Shown piece by piece: positions 18,146-27,650 of a DNA stretch of 64,000 nucleotides; the first letter of the stretch is position 1, and each line of letters begins with the position of its first letter. The notes beneath the pieces were generated by a model. That model was not told the origin of the DNA and did not search any database. It saw only the letters and a list, made by a program, of their open reading frames with translations. The stretch covers positions 10,773 through 74,772 of the forward strand of contig JBDRBY010000081.1 of the NCBI GenBank assembly GCA_043822245.1, written 5' to 3'. Made by a program: the position numbers and the translations under genes. Source of the DNA: Candidatus Omnitrophota bacterium (lineage in GTDB: Bacteria; Omnitrophota; Gorgyraeia; Tantalellales; Tantalellaceae).

Positions 18146-18216
18146 GGAGGATGACAGAGGTGTAGGAGGATGACAGAGGTGTAGGAGGATGACAGGGGTG
18201 TAGGAGGATGACAGGA
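18146..18216 (+). repeat. 19-bp tandem repeat (GGAGGATGACAGRGGTGTA) x ~3.6 in the nfnA-nfnB intergenic region, preceded by hairpin tcctccggtcaagccggagga
   Basis: Units at 18146-18164, 18165-18183, 18184-18202 and a partial fourth. Each unit carries an SD-like AGGAGGA. Confidence 0.85.
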
Positions 18217-18220
18217 GCGC

Positions 18221-19615
18221 GTGATGAGAGAACAGTATCCGAGAGAACGTATAAAAAATTTCAAAGAAGTGCCGTATGGTTATTCGGTTGAAGAGGCTGT
18301 AAATGAAGCGTCAAGGTGTCTGCAATGTAAAAACGCGCCGTGCGTGAAAGGTTGTCCCGCTGAAATAGATATCCCTTCTTTTATCAAAGCCATTAAAGAA
18401 AAAAGGTTTCAATACGCGAATCCTATCATTAAAAAGACGAATAATCTTCCCGCGGTGTGCGGCAGAGTTTGCCCCCAAGAAGACCAATGCGAAAAAATGT
18501 GCGTGCTGATGAAGGCGAAGAAGGCGATTAATATCGGAACTCTTGAACGTTTCGCGGCAGATTGGGAACGGGAAAATATCGGAAACGATTCTCCCAATGC
18601 CTCCGCTTGTCATTGCGAGCCTGTCAATGTCAGGCGAAGCAATCTCAATAAAGAAAAAGTGGCGGTTATAGGCGCGGGACCGGCGGGCCTTACCTGTGCC
18701 GCGGATCTAGCGGATAAGGGATACAGGGTAACTGTTTTTGAGGCACTGCATAAACCCGGCGGAGTTTTAACTTATGGGATTCCGGAATTCAGGCTTCCTA
18801 AAGATATAGTGTACGGCGAAGTGGACGCGATACGCGCTCTTGGCGTGGAAATTAAATATAACTATGTGATCGGCAGGATTAAAACTATTGAAAAATTACG
18901 GCAAGAAGGATATGAGGCGTTTTTTATAGCCACAGGCGCGGGCTTGCCGTATTTTCTTGAGATTGAAGGGGAGAATCTCAGTGGTGTTTATTCAGCCAAT
19001 GAGTTTTTAACACGCGTGAATCTTATGAAAGCGTATAAGTTTCCGGAATATGATACGCCCATAAATGTAGGCAGGAAAGTGGCGGTTGTAGGTGCCGGTA
19101 ATGTGGCTATGGATTCGGCAAGGTCGGCGTTGAGGCTGAACGCCGAAAAAGTTTACATTGTTTACCGGCGCAGTGAAGAAGAAATGCCCGCGCGTATTGA
19201 TGAAATTCATCACGCGAAGGAAGAGGGAATAGAATTTCATCTTTTGACAAGCCCGGTAAAGATAATCGGCGATAAAGACGGAAACGTGCGAAAAATGGTA
19301 TGCCTGAAAAATAGGCTTGCTGAACCGGACGCGAGCGGCCGGAGGCGGCCTGTGGCTATTGAAGGGTCAGAGTATGAGATGGATATTGATACTGTTATAA
19401 TCGCGGTTGGTAACGGGCCAAACCCGCTTTTACTTGAGACAATAAAGGATTTAAAACTTACCATAAAAGGAAACATCGAAGCCGACGAAAACGGCAAAAC
19501 GAACGTAAAGGATATCTTTGCCGGAGGTGACATTGTCACCGGCTCCGCGACAGTCATAGCCGCCATGGGTGCCGGCAAACAAGCCGCGAAAGCGATTGAC
19601 AATTATTTAATGTAG
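18221..19615 (+). CDS. NfnB/SudA/GltD-like NADPH-dependent oxidoreductase (glutamate synthase small-chain family)
   Basis: Two 4Fe-4S Cys motifs (CLQCKNAPCVKGCP; CGRVCPQEDQCEKMC) and two Rossmann motifs (VAVIGAGPAGL; VAVVGAGNVAMD). The start is either GTG 18221 or ATG 18224. Confidence 0.8.
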   Translation: MMREQYPRERIKNFKEVPYGYSVEEAVNEASRCLQCKNAPCVKGCPAEIDIPSFIKAIKEKRFQYANPIIKKTNNLPAVCGRVCPQEDQCEKMCVLMKAKKAINIGTLERFAADWERENIGNDSPNASACHCEPVNVRRSNLNKEKVAVIGAGPAGLTCAADLADKGYRVTVFEALHKPGGVLTYGIPEFRLPKDIVYGEVDAIRALGVEIKYNYVIGRIKTIEKLRQEGYEAFFIATGAGLPYFLEIEGENLSGVYSANEFLTRVNLMKAYKFPEYDTPINVGRKVAVVGAGNVAMDSARSALRLNAEKVYIVYRRSEEEMPARIDEIHHAKEEGIEFHLLTSPVKIIGDKDGNVRKMVCLKNRLAEPDASGRRRPVAIEGSEYEMDIDTVIIAVGNGPNPLLLETIKDLKLTIKGNIEADENGKTNVKDIFAGGDIVTGSATVIAAMGAGKQAAKAIDNYLM

Positions 19616-19670
19616 GGACAGCCCCCAGTGGCTGTTCGTTATATGCTATTTCAAAACCAAAGGGAGATTT

Positions 19671-22600
19671 ATGCCACGACGAAAAGATATCCACAAAGTT
19701 CTCATAATAGGGTCCGGCCCGATTATTATCGGGCAGGCGTGTGAGTTTGATTATTCCGGGACTCAGGCTTGTAAAGCGTTAAAGGAAGAAGGGTATGAGG
19801 TGGTTTTGGTAAATTCTAATCCGGCGACGATAATGACTGATCCCGGGACAGCTGACAGGACATACATTGAATCTTTAACCGTTGAAAGCGTGGAAAAAAT
19901 AATCGCGAAAGAACGCCCTGACGCGTTATTGCCGAACCTTGGCGGGCAGACAGGGCTCAATCTGGCGGCCAGTCTTTATAAGGCGGGAGTTTTAGAAAAG
20001 TATAATGTTGAGCTTATTGGCGTCAAAGCTGAAACTATTGAGAGGGGGGAAGACCGGATTGAGTTTAAGAATACCATGAATAAACTTGATATTCCTATGG
20101 CAAAGTCTGACCCATGCCACTCTGTCGAAGAGGCTGAACGAATAGCGGAAGAGCTTAAGTATCCGGTTGTCTTGAGGCCGGCCTACACTATGGGCGGTAC
20201 CGGAGGCGGGATAGCGTATAACGTTGAAGAGCTTAGAACTATTGTTACTCGTGGTTTGGCCGCAAGCCTTGTTCATCAGGTGCTGGTTGAGGAATCGGTT
20301 TTAGGATGGGAAGAACTCGAACTTGAAGTAGTAAGAGACCAGAAGAATCAGAAAATAACGGTATGCTTTATAGAAAATATTGATCCAATGGGTATTCACA
20401 CAGGAGATAGTTTTTGTTCCGCGCCTATGCTTACGGTTCCCGAATCTTTGCAAAAAAAACTGCAGGATTATTCTTATCGCATAGTTGACGCTATAGGAGT
20501 AATCGGAGGGACTAATGTGCAGTTCGCGCATAATCCCGCCGATGGCAGGGTGGTAGTAATAGAGATTAATCCCCGCACGTCCCGGTCGTCAGCGCTTGCT
20601 TCCAAGGCAACCGGGTTTCCTATCGCCAGAATATCCACAAAACTTGCCGCGGGGTTAACCTTAGATGAAATCCCCTATTGGAAAGAAGGAACCTTGGAGA
20701 AGTATCAGCCGAGCGGTGATTATGTCGTTATAAAATTCGCGCGCTGGGCTTTTGAAAAATTTCCCCAGGCAAAAGATGTGCTCGGCACCCAGATGAAAGC
20801 GGTAGGCGAAGTTATGAGCATAGGAAAGACTTTTAAAGAAGCTTTTCAAAAAGCTATCCGTTCGCTTGAGATAAAAAGATATGGCCTTGGAGTTGATGAA
20901 TTTAAAGAACTTACGCTGGAGAAACTCAAAGAAAAAATAGCCGCGCCTTCAAGTGAACGTATCTTTCAGATTTATGAAGCTTTGCGCAAAGGCGTCGCGG
21001 TGGAAGAGATACGCAAATTAACGCGTATAGGGCGCTGGTTTATCAATGAAATGAAGGAATTAGCGGATTTTGAAAAAGAAATAGAAAATGAAAAACTGGA
21101 AAATATCCCAGACGAAAAAATAATAAAGGCGAAAGAATGGGGATTTTCTGACAGATATTTGGCAGAGATGTGGAATGTCGCGGAATCCGAAGTGCGCCAA
21201 AAGAGAATATCTTTAGGTAAACACAGCCGGTACGAGCCTGTTCCAGTCAGCGGAGTTGAAAACGCGGTGTATTACTACTCAACTTATGTCGGAGAAGATA
21301 AGGTTCCGGTTTCTTCAGGAAAAAAAGTAATGATACTGGGAGGCGGCCCGAATAGGATAGGACAGGGAATTGAATTTGATTACACGTGCGTGCACGCGGC
21401 TTTCGCGCTCAGAGACGAGGGATATGAAACAATCATGGTTAACTGTAATCCGGAGACAGTCTCAACGGATTACGATACTTCAGATAAGCTTTATTTTGAA
21501 CCACTTACAGTAGAAGATGTCCTCTCGATTTGGGCGAAGGAAAAACCGGAAGGGGTTATAGTGCAGTTTGGAGGGCAGACACCTTTAAATATCGCTCAGG
21601 AATTGAAGGATAATGGAGTTAACATATTCGGCACATCACCGGAAAACATAGATTTAGCGGAAGACAGAGAGAACTTTAGAAAAAAAATAATTGAACTTGG
21701 TATTCCTCAGCCGGAAAGCGGAGTCGCGCGGTCTTTGGATGAAGCGCTTAAAATCGCGAGAGAGATAGGTTTCCCTCTTATGGTCAGGCCTTCCTATGTT
21801 TTGGGCGGTCGGGGAATGGAGATAGTTTACGATGAAGAACGGCTAAAAAAGTACGCGCTTGAAGCGATTAAGGTTAACAAAAAACAGCCGATGCTTATCG
21901 ACAGATTTTTGGAAAACGCAATAGAGGTGGAAGTGGACGCGCTTTGTGACGGAGAAAACACGTTTGTCGCGTCAATTATGGAACATATCGAGCTGGCAGG
22001 AGTCCATTCCGGTGATTCAGCGTGCGTGATTCCCTCCAGGACTATCAAAGAGAAACATCTGAAAATTATAGAGGAATACACGGGTAAGATCGCGAAAGAA
22101 CTTAAAGTTATCGGGCTGGTGAATATCCAATACGCGATTTGTAAAGATACGGTATACATCCTTGAAGCAAATCCTCGCGCGTCGCGCACAGTTCCGTTAG
22201 TTTCCAAGATGATAGGTGTTCCTATCGCCCGGATAGCTACTATGATGGTGTTGGGCAAAAAGATTAAAGATTTTCCGGAATTGCGAAAGAAAAAATTGCC
22301 GTATGTGGGAGTTAAAGAAGCGGTTTTTCCGTTTAACATGTTTCCGGAAGTGGATCCATTGCTGGGGCCTGAGATGAAGGCTACAGGAGAAGTTCTTGGA
22401 ATAGACGATTCGTTCGGGGGAGCTTTTTATAGGGCTCAGGAAGCGGCCGGTTCAAAACTTCCGCTAAAAGGAAATGTTTTATTAACCGTGGCGGATAAAC
22501 ATAAATCCGCTCTGCTTCCTATAGCGCGGAGGCTTAAGGGCATAGGTTTTAATATCTACGCGACGGAAGGAACAAGCCGTTTTTTAAAGGATAACGGTGT

Positions 22601-22871
22601 TGATAGTGTTGAAGTAAAAAAACTGCATGAAGGAAGGCCGAATCTCTTGGACGCCATAAAGAACAAGGAGATACACCTTATCATTAACACCCCTGTTGGC
22701 CGTGACAGCAAATATGATGACAGTTATATTCGTTTGATGGCGATACAGAATAAACTACCATATATCACGTCAATGGCCGCGGCGGAAGCAAGTGTGGAAG
22801 GTATTGAAGCAATGCAAAGCAAAACCATAGAACCTAAACCTCTGCAAGACTATTACAAGGAGTTGGAATAA
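19671..22871 (+). CDS. carB: carbamoyl-phosphate synthase large subunit
   Basis: 1066 aa with duplicated ATP-grasp halves, an MGS-like C-terminus, and the [23 protein letters not shown]-terminus. Confidence 0.95.
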   Translation: MPRRKDIHKVLIIGSGPIIIGQACEFDYSGTQACKALKEEGYEVVLVNSNPATIMTDPGTADRTYIESLTVESVEKIIAKERPDALLPNLGGQTGLNLAASLYKAGVLEKYNVELIGVKAETIERGEDRIEFKNTMNKLDIPMAKSDPCHSVEEAERIAEELKYPVVLRPAYTMGGTGGGIAYNVEELRTIVTRGLAASLVHQVLVEESVLGWEELELEVVRDQKNQKITVCFIENIDPMGIHTGDSFCSAPMLTVPESLQKKLQDYSYRIVDAIGVIGGTNVQFAHNPADGRVVVIEINPRTSRSSALASKATGFPIARISTKLAAGLTLDEIPYWKEGTLEKYQPSGDYVVIKFARWAFEKFPQAKDVLGTQMKAVGEVMSIGKTFKEAFQKAIRSLEIKRYGLGVDEFKELTLEKLKEKIAAPSSERIFQIYEALRKGVAVEEIRKLTRIGRWFINEMKELADFEKEIENEKLENIPDEKIIKAKEWGFSDRYLAEMWNVAESEVRQKRISLGKHSRYEPVPVSGVENAVYYYSTYVGEDKVPVSSGKKVMILGGGPNRIGQGIEFDYTCVHAAFALRDEGYETIMVNCNPETVSTDYDTSDKLYFEPLTVEDVLSIWAKEKPEGVIVQFGGQTPLNIAQELKDNGVNIFGTSPENIDLAEDRENFRKKIIELGIPQPESGVARSLDEALKIAREIGFPLMVRPSYVLGGRGMEIVYDEERLKKYALEAIKVNKKQPMLIDRFLENAIEVEVDALCDGENTFVASIMEHIELAGVHSGDSACVIPSRTIKEKHLKIIEEYTGKIAKELKVIGLVNIQYAICKDTVYILEANPRASRTVPLVSKMIGVPIARIATMMVLGKKIKDFPELRKKKLPYVGVKEAVFPFNMFPEVDPLLGPEMKATGEVLGIDDSFGGAFYRAQEAAGSKLPLKGNVLLTVADKHKSALLPIARRLKGIGFNIYATEGTSRFLKDNGVDSVEVKKLHEGRPNLLDAIKNKEIHLIINTPVGRDSKYDDSYIRLMAIQNKLPYITSMAAAEASVEGIEAMQSKTIEPKPLQDYYKELE

Positions 22872-22873
22872 AC

Positions 22874-24391
22874 ATGAAGAAGAATACCGGATTTGATAAT
22901 GAACTTTATCTGAAACAGCAGACCGAGGCGATACTTGAACGGGTTAATATGTTCGATAGTAAATTGTATCTTGAGTTTGGAGGGAAGATAATATTTGATT
23001 ATCACGCCTCGCGTGTTTTGCCCGGATTTGATCCCAACGTGAAGATGAAGCTCCTTCAAAAACTGAAAGATAAGGCTGATATATTGCTTTGTATTTACGC
23101 CGGCGATATAGAAAGAAGAAAAATCCGCGCGGATTTTGGCATTACTTATGACGTTGACGCGTTGAAATTGATAGATGATTTAAGAGAGTGGGAGATAGAA
23201 GTGCGAGCCGTGGTAATAACACGTTTTGATAATCAGCCTGCCGTGAAGATATTTAAAAATAAGCTTGAGAGGCGGGGCATGAAAGTATACACGCATCGTT
23301 ATACAAAGGGATACCCCACGGATGTGGACATGATTGTGAGCGACGAGGGGTACGGCGCGAATGATTATATTGAGACAAAAAATCCGCTGGTTATAGTAAC
23401 GGGCCCGGGCCCCGGAAGCGGGAAACTTGCCACGTGCCTTTCTCAGTTATACCATGACAATAAAAGGTGCCGAAAATCAGGATATGCCAAGTTTGAGACC
23501 TTTCCTATTTGGAATATTCCGTTGAAACATCCTGTGAATGTGGCCTATGAAGCGGCGACCGCCGATATAAAAGATTTCAACATGATCGATTCTTTTCATT
23601 TAGAAGCGTATAACAAAACCGCTGTTAACTACAATAGGGATATGGAAGTGTTTCCCGTATTAAAGAGAATTCTGGAAAGAATAACGGGAGCGGAATCAAG
23701 ATACAAGTCTCCCACGGATATGGGAGTTAATAAGGCAGGGTTCGCGATCCTTGATGACGAAGCGGTTCGTCAGGCGTCAAAGCAGGAAGTAATAAGAAGG
23801 TATTTTAGATTCGCGTGTGAACATGTGATGGGCCTGGCCGATAAAGACACCGTCGAGAGGGTGGAGCTTTTAATGAATGAGCTGAAAGTTACGACGGAAT
23901 GCAGGAGGGTTACCCTGCCCGCGCGTGAAGCGGCAAAAGAAGCCAAAGCAAAGGGCAAAGGCAATGAGGGTATTTTCTGTGGAGCGGCAATTGAGCTGAT
24001 GGACGGTTCTATAATTACCGGAAAAAATTCTTTTCTCATGCACGCCTCTTCAAGCCTCGTACTGAACGCGATAAAAAAATTAGCAGGGATACCTGATGAC
24101 ATACATTTATTATCACCAAAGACCATAGAGTCAGTAACCAGCCTGAAAAAGGACATTCTAAAATCCAAAACAGTAAGCCTGGATCTTGAAGAAACATTGA
24201 TAACACTGAGCATCAGCGCCTCTTCAAGCCCCGCGGCACAAACTGCCATGGAAAAGCTGAGAGAGCTTCATAGCTGTGAAGTTCATATGACACATATGCC
24301 GACTCCGGGTGATGAAGCGGGCCTGCGCAAACTAGGCGTGAATCTCACCAGCGAGCCCCAGTTTTCCAGTAAAAGTTTTTTTGTGGCGTAG
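22874..24391 (+). CDS. DUF1846/UPF0371 family protein
   Basis: ~505 aa. The N-terminus [19 protein letters not shown]...[23 protein letters not shown] matches my recollection of UPF0371. Confidence 0.55.
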   Translation: MKKNTGFDNELYLKQQTEAILERVNMFDSKLYLEFGGKIIFDYHASRVLPGFDPNVKMKLLQKLKDKADILLCIYAGDIERRKIRADFGITYDVDALKLIDDLREWEIEVRAVVITRFDNQPAVKIFKNKLERRGMKVYTHRYTKGYPTDVDMIVSDEGYGANDYIETKNPLVIVTGPGPGSGKLATCLSQLYHDNKRCRKSGYAKFETFPIWNIPLKHPVNVAYEAATADIKDFNMIDSFHLEAYNKTAVNYNRDMEVFPVLKRILERITGAESRYKSPTDMGVNKAGFAILDDEAVRQASKQEVIRRYFRFACEHVMGLADKDTVERVELLMNELKVTTECRRVTLPAREAAKEAKAKGKGNEGIFCGAAIELMDGSIITGKNSFLMHASSSLVLNAIKKLAGIPDDIHLLSPKTIESVTSLKKDILKSKTVSLDLEETLITLSISASSSPAAQTAMEKLRELHSCEVHMTHMPTPGDEAGLRKLGVNLTSEPQFSSKSFFVA

Positions 24392-24394
24392 AAA

Positions 24395-24595
24395 ATTAAA
24401 ATCCCTAAAATCCACCTAACCCACTTTTTCAAAGGGGGGATGGTTGTGTGTGGGGGTGGGGGTACTCTTAGATATAATGTCAAAAATAAAATTAGAGAAT
24501 TATGAAAAAATAATGAAGTAGTTTCCCCTCCCCCTTGAAAAAAGGAAGCCAACATTTCCCCCCTTTGAAAAAGGGGGTTAGGGGGTTTAAACAGA
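24395..24595 (+). repeat. Repeat B composite array (CCCCCTTTGAAAAAGGGGG hairpin family)
   Basis: Holds several copies of the G/C-tract hairpin. A ~115-bp module is shared with 40099-40215 (tgtcaaaaataa...agaattatgaaa...gaagtagtttccc...tttcccccctttgaaaaaggggg..agggggttt). Confidence 0.8.
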
Positions 24596-24600
24596 AAAGG

Positions 24601-24629
24601 TTGAATTTCATTATGTTACATACTATAAT
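24601..24629 (+). promoter_or_regulatory. sigma70-like promoter TTGAAT-17-TATAAT upstream of icd
   Basis: TTGAAT at 24601-24606, a 17-nt spacer, and TATAAT at 24624-24629. Confidence 0.5.
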
Positions 24630-24633
24630 GTAG

Positions 24634-24653
24634 GGCAAAGGCATGCCTTTGCC
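24634..24653 (+). promoter_or_regulatory. perfect 20-bp palindrome GGCAAAGGCATGCCTTTGCC, a candidate operator just downstream of a consensus promoter
   Basis: Lies 4 nt downstream of the TATAAT at 24624-24629. A 34-nt near-identical copy (aatgtagggcaaaggcatgcctgtgccgat) is at 51397-51430. Confidence 0.45.
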
Positions 24654-24681
24654 GATACGATAGACGGGAGGACATTTTAGA

Positions 24682-25914
24682 ATGATGAATAGAAAAGAAC
24701 TTATAGAAAAAGCTAAACAGCATTTTGGACAATTGGTGGAAGAACAATTAGACCGTGTCGAGATGATGAAAGGCCAAAAAGATTGGATTAATTACAAGAC
24801 ATTAAAACCGATAATTATTGGTATATGCTGGGGCGATGGTATCGGCAAGATTATTTCTAGGCATGCCGAAAAAGTTCTGAGGTATATGCTTAAGAAGGAA
24901 ACAGCCTCAGGCAGTGTTGAATTTCGCGATATTAGCGGGCTGACCATAGAAAACCGGGTTAAATGGAAAAAAGCTATTCCTGACGATGTGCTTTGTGAAC
25001 TGAAAAAATGTCATGTTATTCTAAAAGGGCCGACCACTACGCCGCAGGTTGGCGGCAAGTGGCTTAATATCGAAAGCGCGAATGTCGCTATGCGCCGTGA
25101 GCTAGATCTTTTCGCGAATGTTCGGCCCGTGAAAATACCGAGAGAAGGCGTTGATTGGTGTTTTTTTAGAGAAAACACGGAAGGCGCGTATATTCTGGGA
25201 TCGAGAGGTATAGACGTTAGCGAGAGTTTAAGTGTTGACTTTAAAGTTATAACCGAGGAAGGTTCTGAAAGAATAATCCGGATGGCGTTTGAATACGCTA
25301 AAACTAACGGTAAAAAAAGGGTTACTGCTGTTACAAAAGCGAATGTGGTGAAAACGACGGACGGAAGATTTTCCCGTATGGCAAAAAAAATTGCCGGAGA
25401 ATATTTAAAGTACGGCATAAAGCAGGATGAGTGGTATATTGACATTATGACCGCCAAACTTTTAGACCCGGCCCGGCGCAAAGATTTTCAGGTTATGGTT
25501 CTTCCTAATTTGTACGGAGATATACTTACGGATGAGGCGGCTCAGCTTCAGGGCGGAGTTGGTACCGCGGGCAGTGCCAATATAGGAAAAAAGTGGGCGA
25601 TGTTTGAAGCTATCCACGGCAGCGCGCCGCGTATGGTGGATGAAGGCCGCGATATTTACGCTGATCCGTCGTCAATGATCAGGGCCAGCGCGATGCTTCT
25701 CAGGCATATAGGTTTTACTGAAAGAGCCGATTGTTTAGATAAAGCGCTCGAAGTTTGCGGACAATTCGAGAAAAAGCTTGTTATAACAGGGAGAGATAAC
25801 GGAGCGACCGGAGAAGCATTTACCGAATACCTTTTAGAATGGGCCCAAAACCCCGAACTTGATAAAAAATGGCGGAACTTTGTCATTCCCGCGAAGAGAC
25901 AGTGTCATAATTGA
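24682..25914 (+). CDS. icd: NADP-dependent isocitrate dehydrogenase (prokaryotic IDH/IMDH family)
   Basis: ILKGPTTTP...NVAMRRELDLFANVRPV, FRENTEGAY and FEAIHGSAP align with E. coli Icd blocks. Confidence 0.7.
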   Translation: MMNRKELIEKAKQHFGQLVEEQLDRVEMMKGQKDWINYKTLKPIIIGICWGDGIGKIISRHAEKVLRYMLKKETASGSVEFRDISGLTIENRVKWKKAIPDDVLCELKKCHVILKGPTTTPQVGGKWLNIESANVAMRRELDLFANVRPVKIPREGVDWCFFRENTEGAYILGSRGIDVSESLSVDFKVITEEGSERIIRMAFEYAKTNGKKRVTAVTKANVVKTTDGRFSRMAKKIAGEYLKYGIKQDEWYIDIMTAKLLDPARRKDFQVMVLPNLYGDILTDEAAQLQGGVGTAGSANIGKKWAMFEAIHGSAPRMVDEGRDIYADPSSMIRASAMLLRHIGFTERADCLDKALEVCGQFEKKLVITGRDNGATGEAFTEYLLEWAQNPELDKKWRNFVIPAKRQCHN

Positions 25915-25931
25915 TGGCTATTCTTTAAAGT

Positions 25932-25999
25932 GGATTCCTGTTTTCAAAGGAATGACAAAAGTGAGGTGTCATTCCCGCGAAAGCGGGAATCTATAATAA
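25932..25999 (+). repeat. chain of three hairpins upstream of guaA, ending in the TGTCATTCC...GCGGGAATCTATAA element
   Basis: ggattcct..aggaatg; gaatgaca..tgtcattc; attcccgc-gaaa-gcgggaat. Related TGTCATYCC-hairpin-ATCTATAA elements are at 27567-27640, 32654-32692, 37300-37345 and 43618-43665. Confidence 0.55.
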
Positions 26000-26010
26000 A
26001 GAGTAAAATA

Positions 26011-27561
26011 ATGAAAACACACAAAAAACAAGGCATATTGATAATCGATTTTGGTTCGCAGTACGTCCAGCTTATCGCCAGGCGTGTTAGAGAAAATCGA
26101 GTCTATTCCGTAGTCAAGTCTCCCAAGATTTCCATTGAAGAAATCAAAACGATAAATCCGGCGGGGATTATTTTTTCAGGGGGGCCGGCGAGTGTTTATG
26201 ACAAAGGCGCTCCAAGGTTTGATGCGGCTGTGCTTGATTTAAAGATTCCTGTTTTGGGTATATGCTACGGGATGCAGGTCATGGGCGATGAACTGGGCGG
26301 GCATATTAAAAAAAGCGGGCGCCGGGAATATGGGCGCGCGTCTGTTTGGTTTCACCGCGAAAACGCGCTTTTCCAGGGAATTAAGCCGAAAAGCGTGACA
26401 TGGATGAGCCATTGTGACAAGGTAGATAAGTTTCCCGCCGGATTTAAAATAATCGCCAAAAGTGAAAATACCGCTTGCGCGGCGTTTGTTGACGAAAGGA
26501 GACAGATTTACGGAGTCCAGTTTCACCCTGAAGTTGTTCATACGGAGAATGGCCCTGAGATATTGAAGAATTTTTTGTTTAACATTTGTGGGTGCAAAAA
26601 AAATTGGACAATGAAATCCTTTATAACGAAAAAGATTGAAAATATTAAGAATGAAGTTGGAGACAAACACGTTGTTCTCGGCCTTTCAGGCGGGGTTGAT
26701 TCCGCCGTAAGCGCGGTTCTTTTGCATAAGGCCGTTGGAAAACAGCTTCATTGTATTTTTGTGAACAATGGCCTTTTAAGAAAGAACGAATCTGAAAAAG
26801 TGGAAAGATTGTTCAAAAAAAACATAAAATTGAATCTTGAAGTGGTAAACGCGGAAGAGAGGTTTTTAGAAGCCCTCAAAGGCGTGCTTGAGCCGGAAAA
26901 AAAACGTAAGATAATCGGTGAAACCTTTATTCGGGTTTTTGAAGAAAGCGCTAAAAAAATAGAAAACGCGGAATATCTCAGCCAAGGCACATTATACCCC
27001 GATGTAATAGAATCCCAGTCTTTTTTTGGCGGGCCGAGTAAAACAATAAAGTCTCATCATAATGTCGGCGGGCTTCCTGAAAAAATGGGGTTGAAATTAA
27101 TCGAACCGCTTAGGGATTTGTTTAAGGATGAAGTAAGAAAAGTAGGCAAAGAATTGGGTCTAAAGAAAGAAATTACCGGGCGCCAGCCGTTTCCCGGCCC
27201 GGGGCTTGCCGTACGAATAGTTGGTGAAGTGACAAAACAAAGGCTGGATATGCTGAAAGAAGCGGACAAGATTATCGTTGAGACGGCGAAAAAATATAAT
27301 ATCTATTACAAAACATGGCAGATCTTTGGAGTTTTTCTGCCGGTCAAAAGCGTGGGCGTAATGGGCGACTGCCGTACTTATGAGGACACTATCGCGATAC
27401 GAGCCGTAACAAGCGTTGACGGGATGACAGCCGATTGGGCGAAGGTGCCTTATGAAGTTCTAGCGGAAATGTCTAACAAAATAATCAACCAGGTTGAAGG
27501 AATTAATCGCGTAGTTTACGACATAAGTTCCAAACCGCCAAGTACTATCGAATGGGAGTAA
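26011..27561 (+). CDS. guaA: GMP synthase (glutamine-hydrolysing)
   Basis: GATase-1 domain (GICYGMQ), ATP-PPase SGGVDS motif, and a C-terminal dimerisation domain. The ATG at 26011 follows the repeat element, so the ORF-track N-terminal extension is rejected. Confidence 0.9.
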   Translation: MKTHKKQGILIIDFGSQYVQLIARRVRENRVYSVVKSPKISIEEIKTINPAGIIFSGGPASVYDKGAPRFDAAVLDLKIPVLGICYGMQVMGDELGGHIKKSGRREYGRASVWFHRENALFQGIKPKSVTWMSHCDKVDKFPAGFKIIAKSENTACAAFVDERRQIYGVQFHPEVVHTENGPEILKNFLFNICGCKKNWTMKSFITKKIENIKNEVGDKHVVLGLSGGVDSAVSAVLLHKAVGKQLHCIFVNNGLLRKNESEKVERLFKKNIKLNLEVVNAEERFLEALKGVLEPEKKRKIIGETFIRVFEESAKKIENAEYLSQGTLYPDVIESQSFFGGPSKTIKSHHNVGGLPEKMGLKLIEPLRDLFKDEVRKVGKELGLKKEITGRQPFPGPGLAVRIVGEVTKQRLDMLKEADKIIVETAKKYNIYYKTWQIFGVFLPVKSVGVMGDCRTYEDTIAIRAVTSVDGMTADWAKVPYEVLAEMSNKIINQVEGINRVVYDISSKPPSTIEWE

Positions 27562-27650
27562 TCTTTTGTCATCCTCCACGGTTGTGATAATCTGTTTTGT
27601 AGGGACAAGCCTAAGGCTTGTCCGATGTAATCTATAACACAAAATAAATC

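Noticed and set aside
25915-26010. Purine riboswitch upstream of guaA, and ZTP riboswitch upstream of purL (27562-27650)
   Set aside because: Hairpins are present, but neither the purine-aptamer junction motifs nor the ZTP pfl consensus (GGGTCGTGAC...CCGGGC) is found. The structures belong to the TGTCATYCC repeat family instead.
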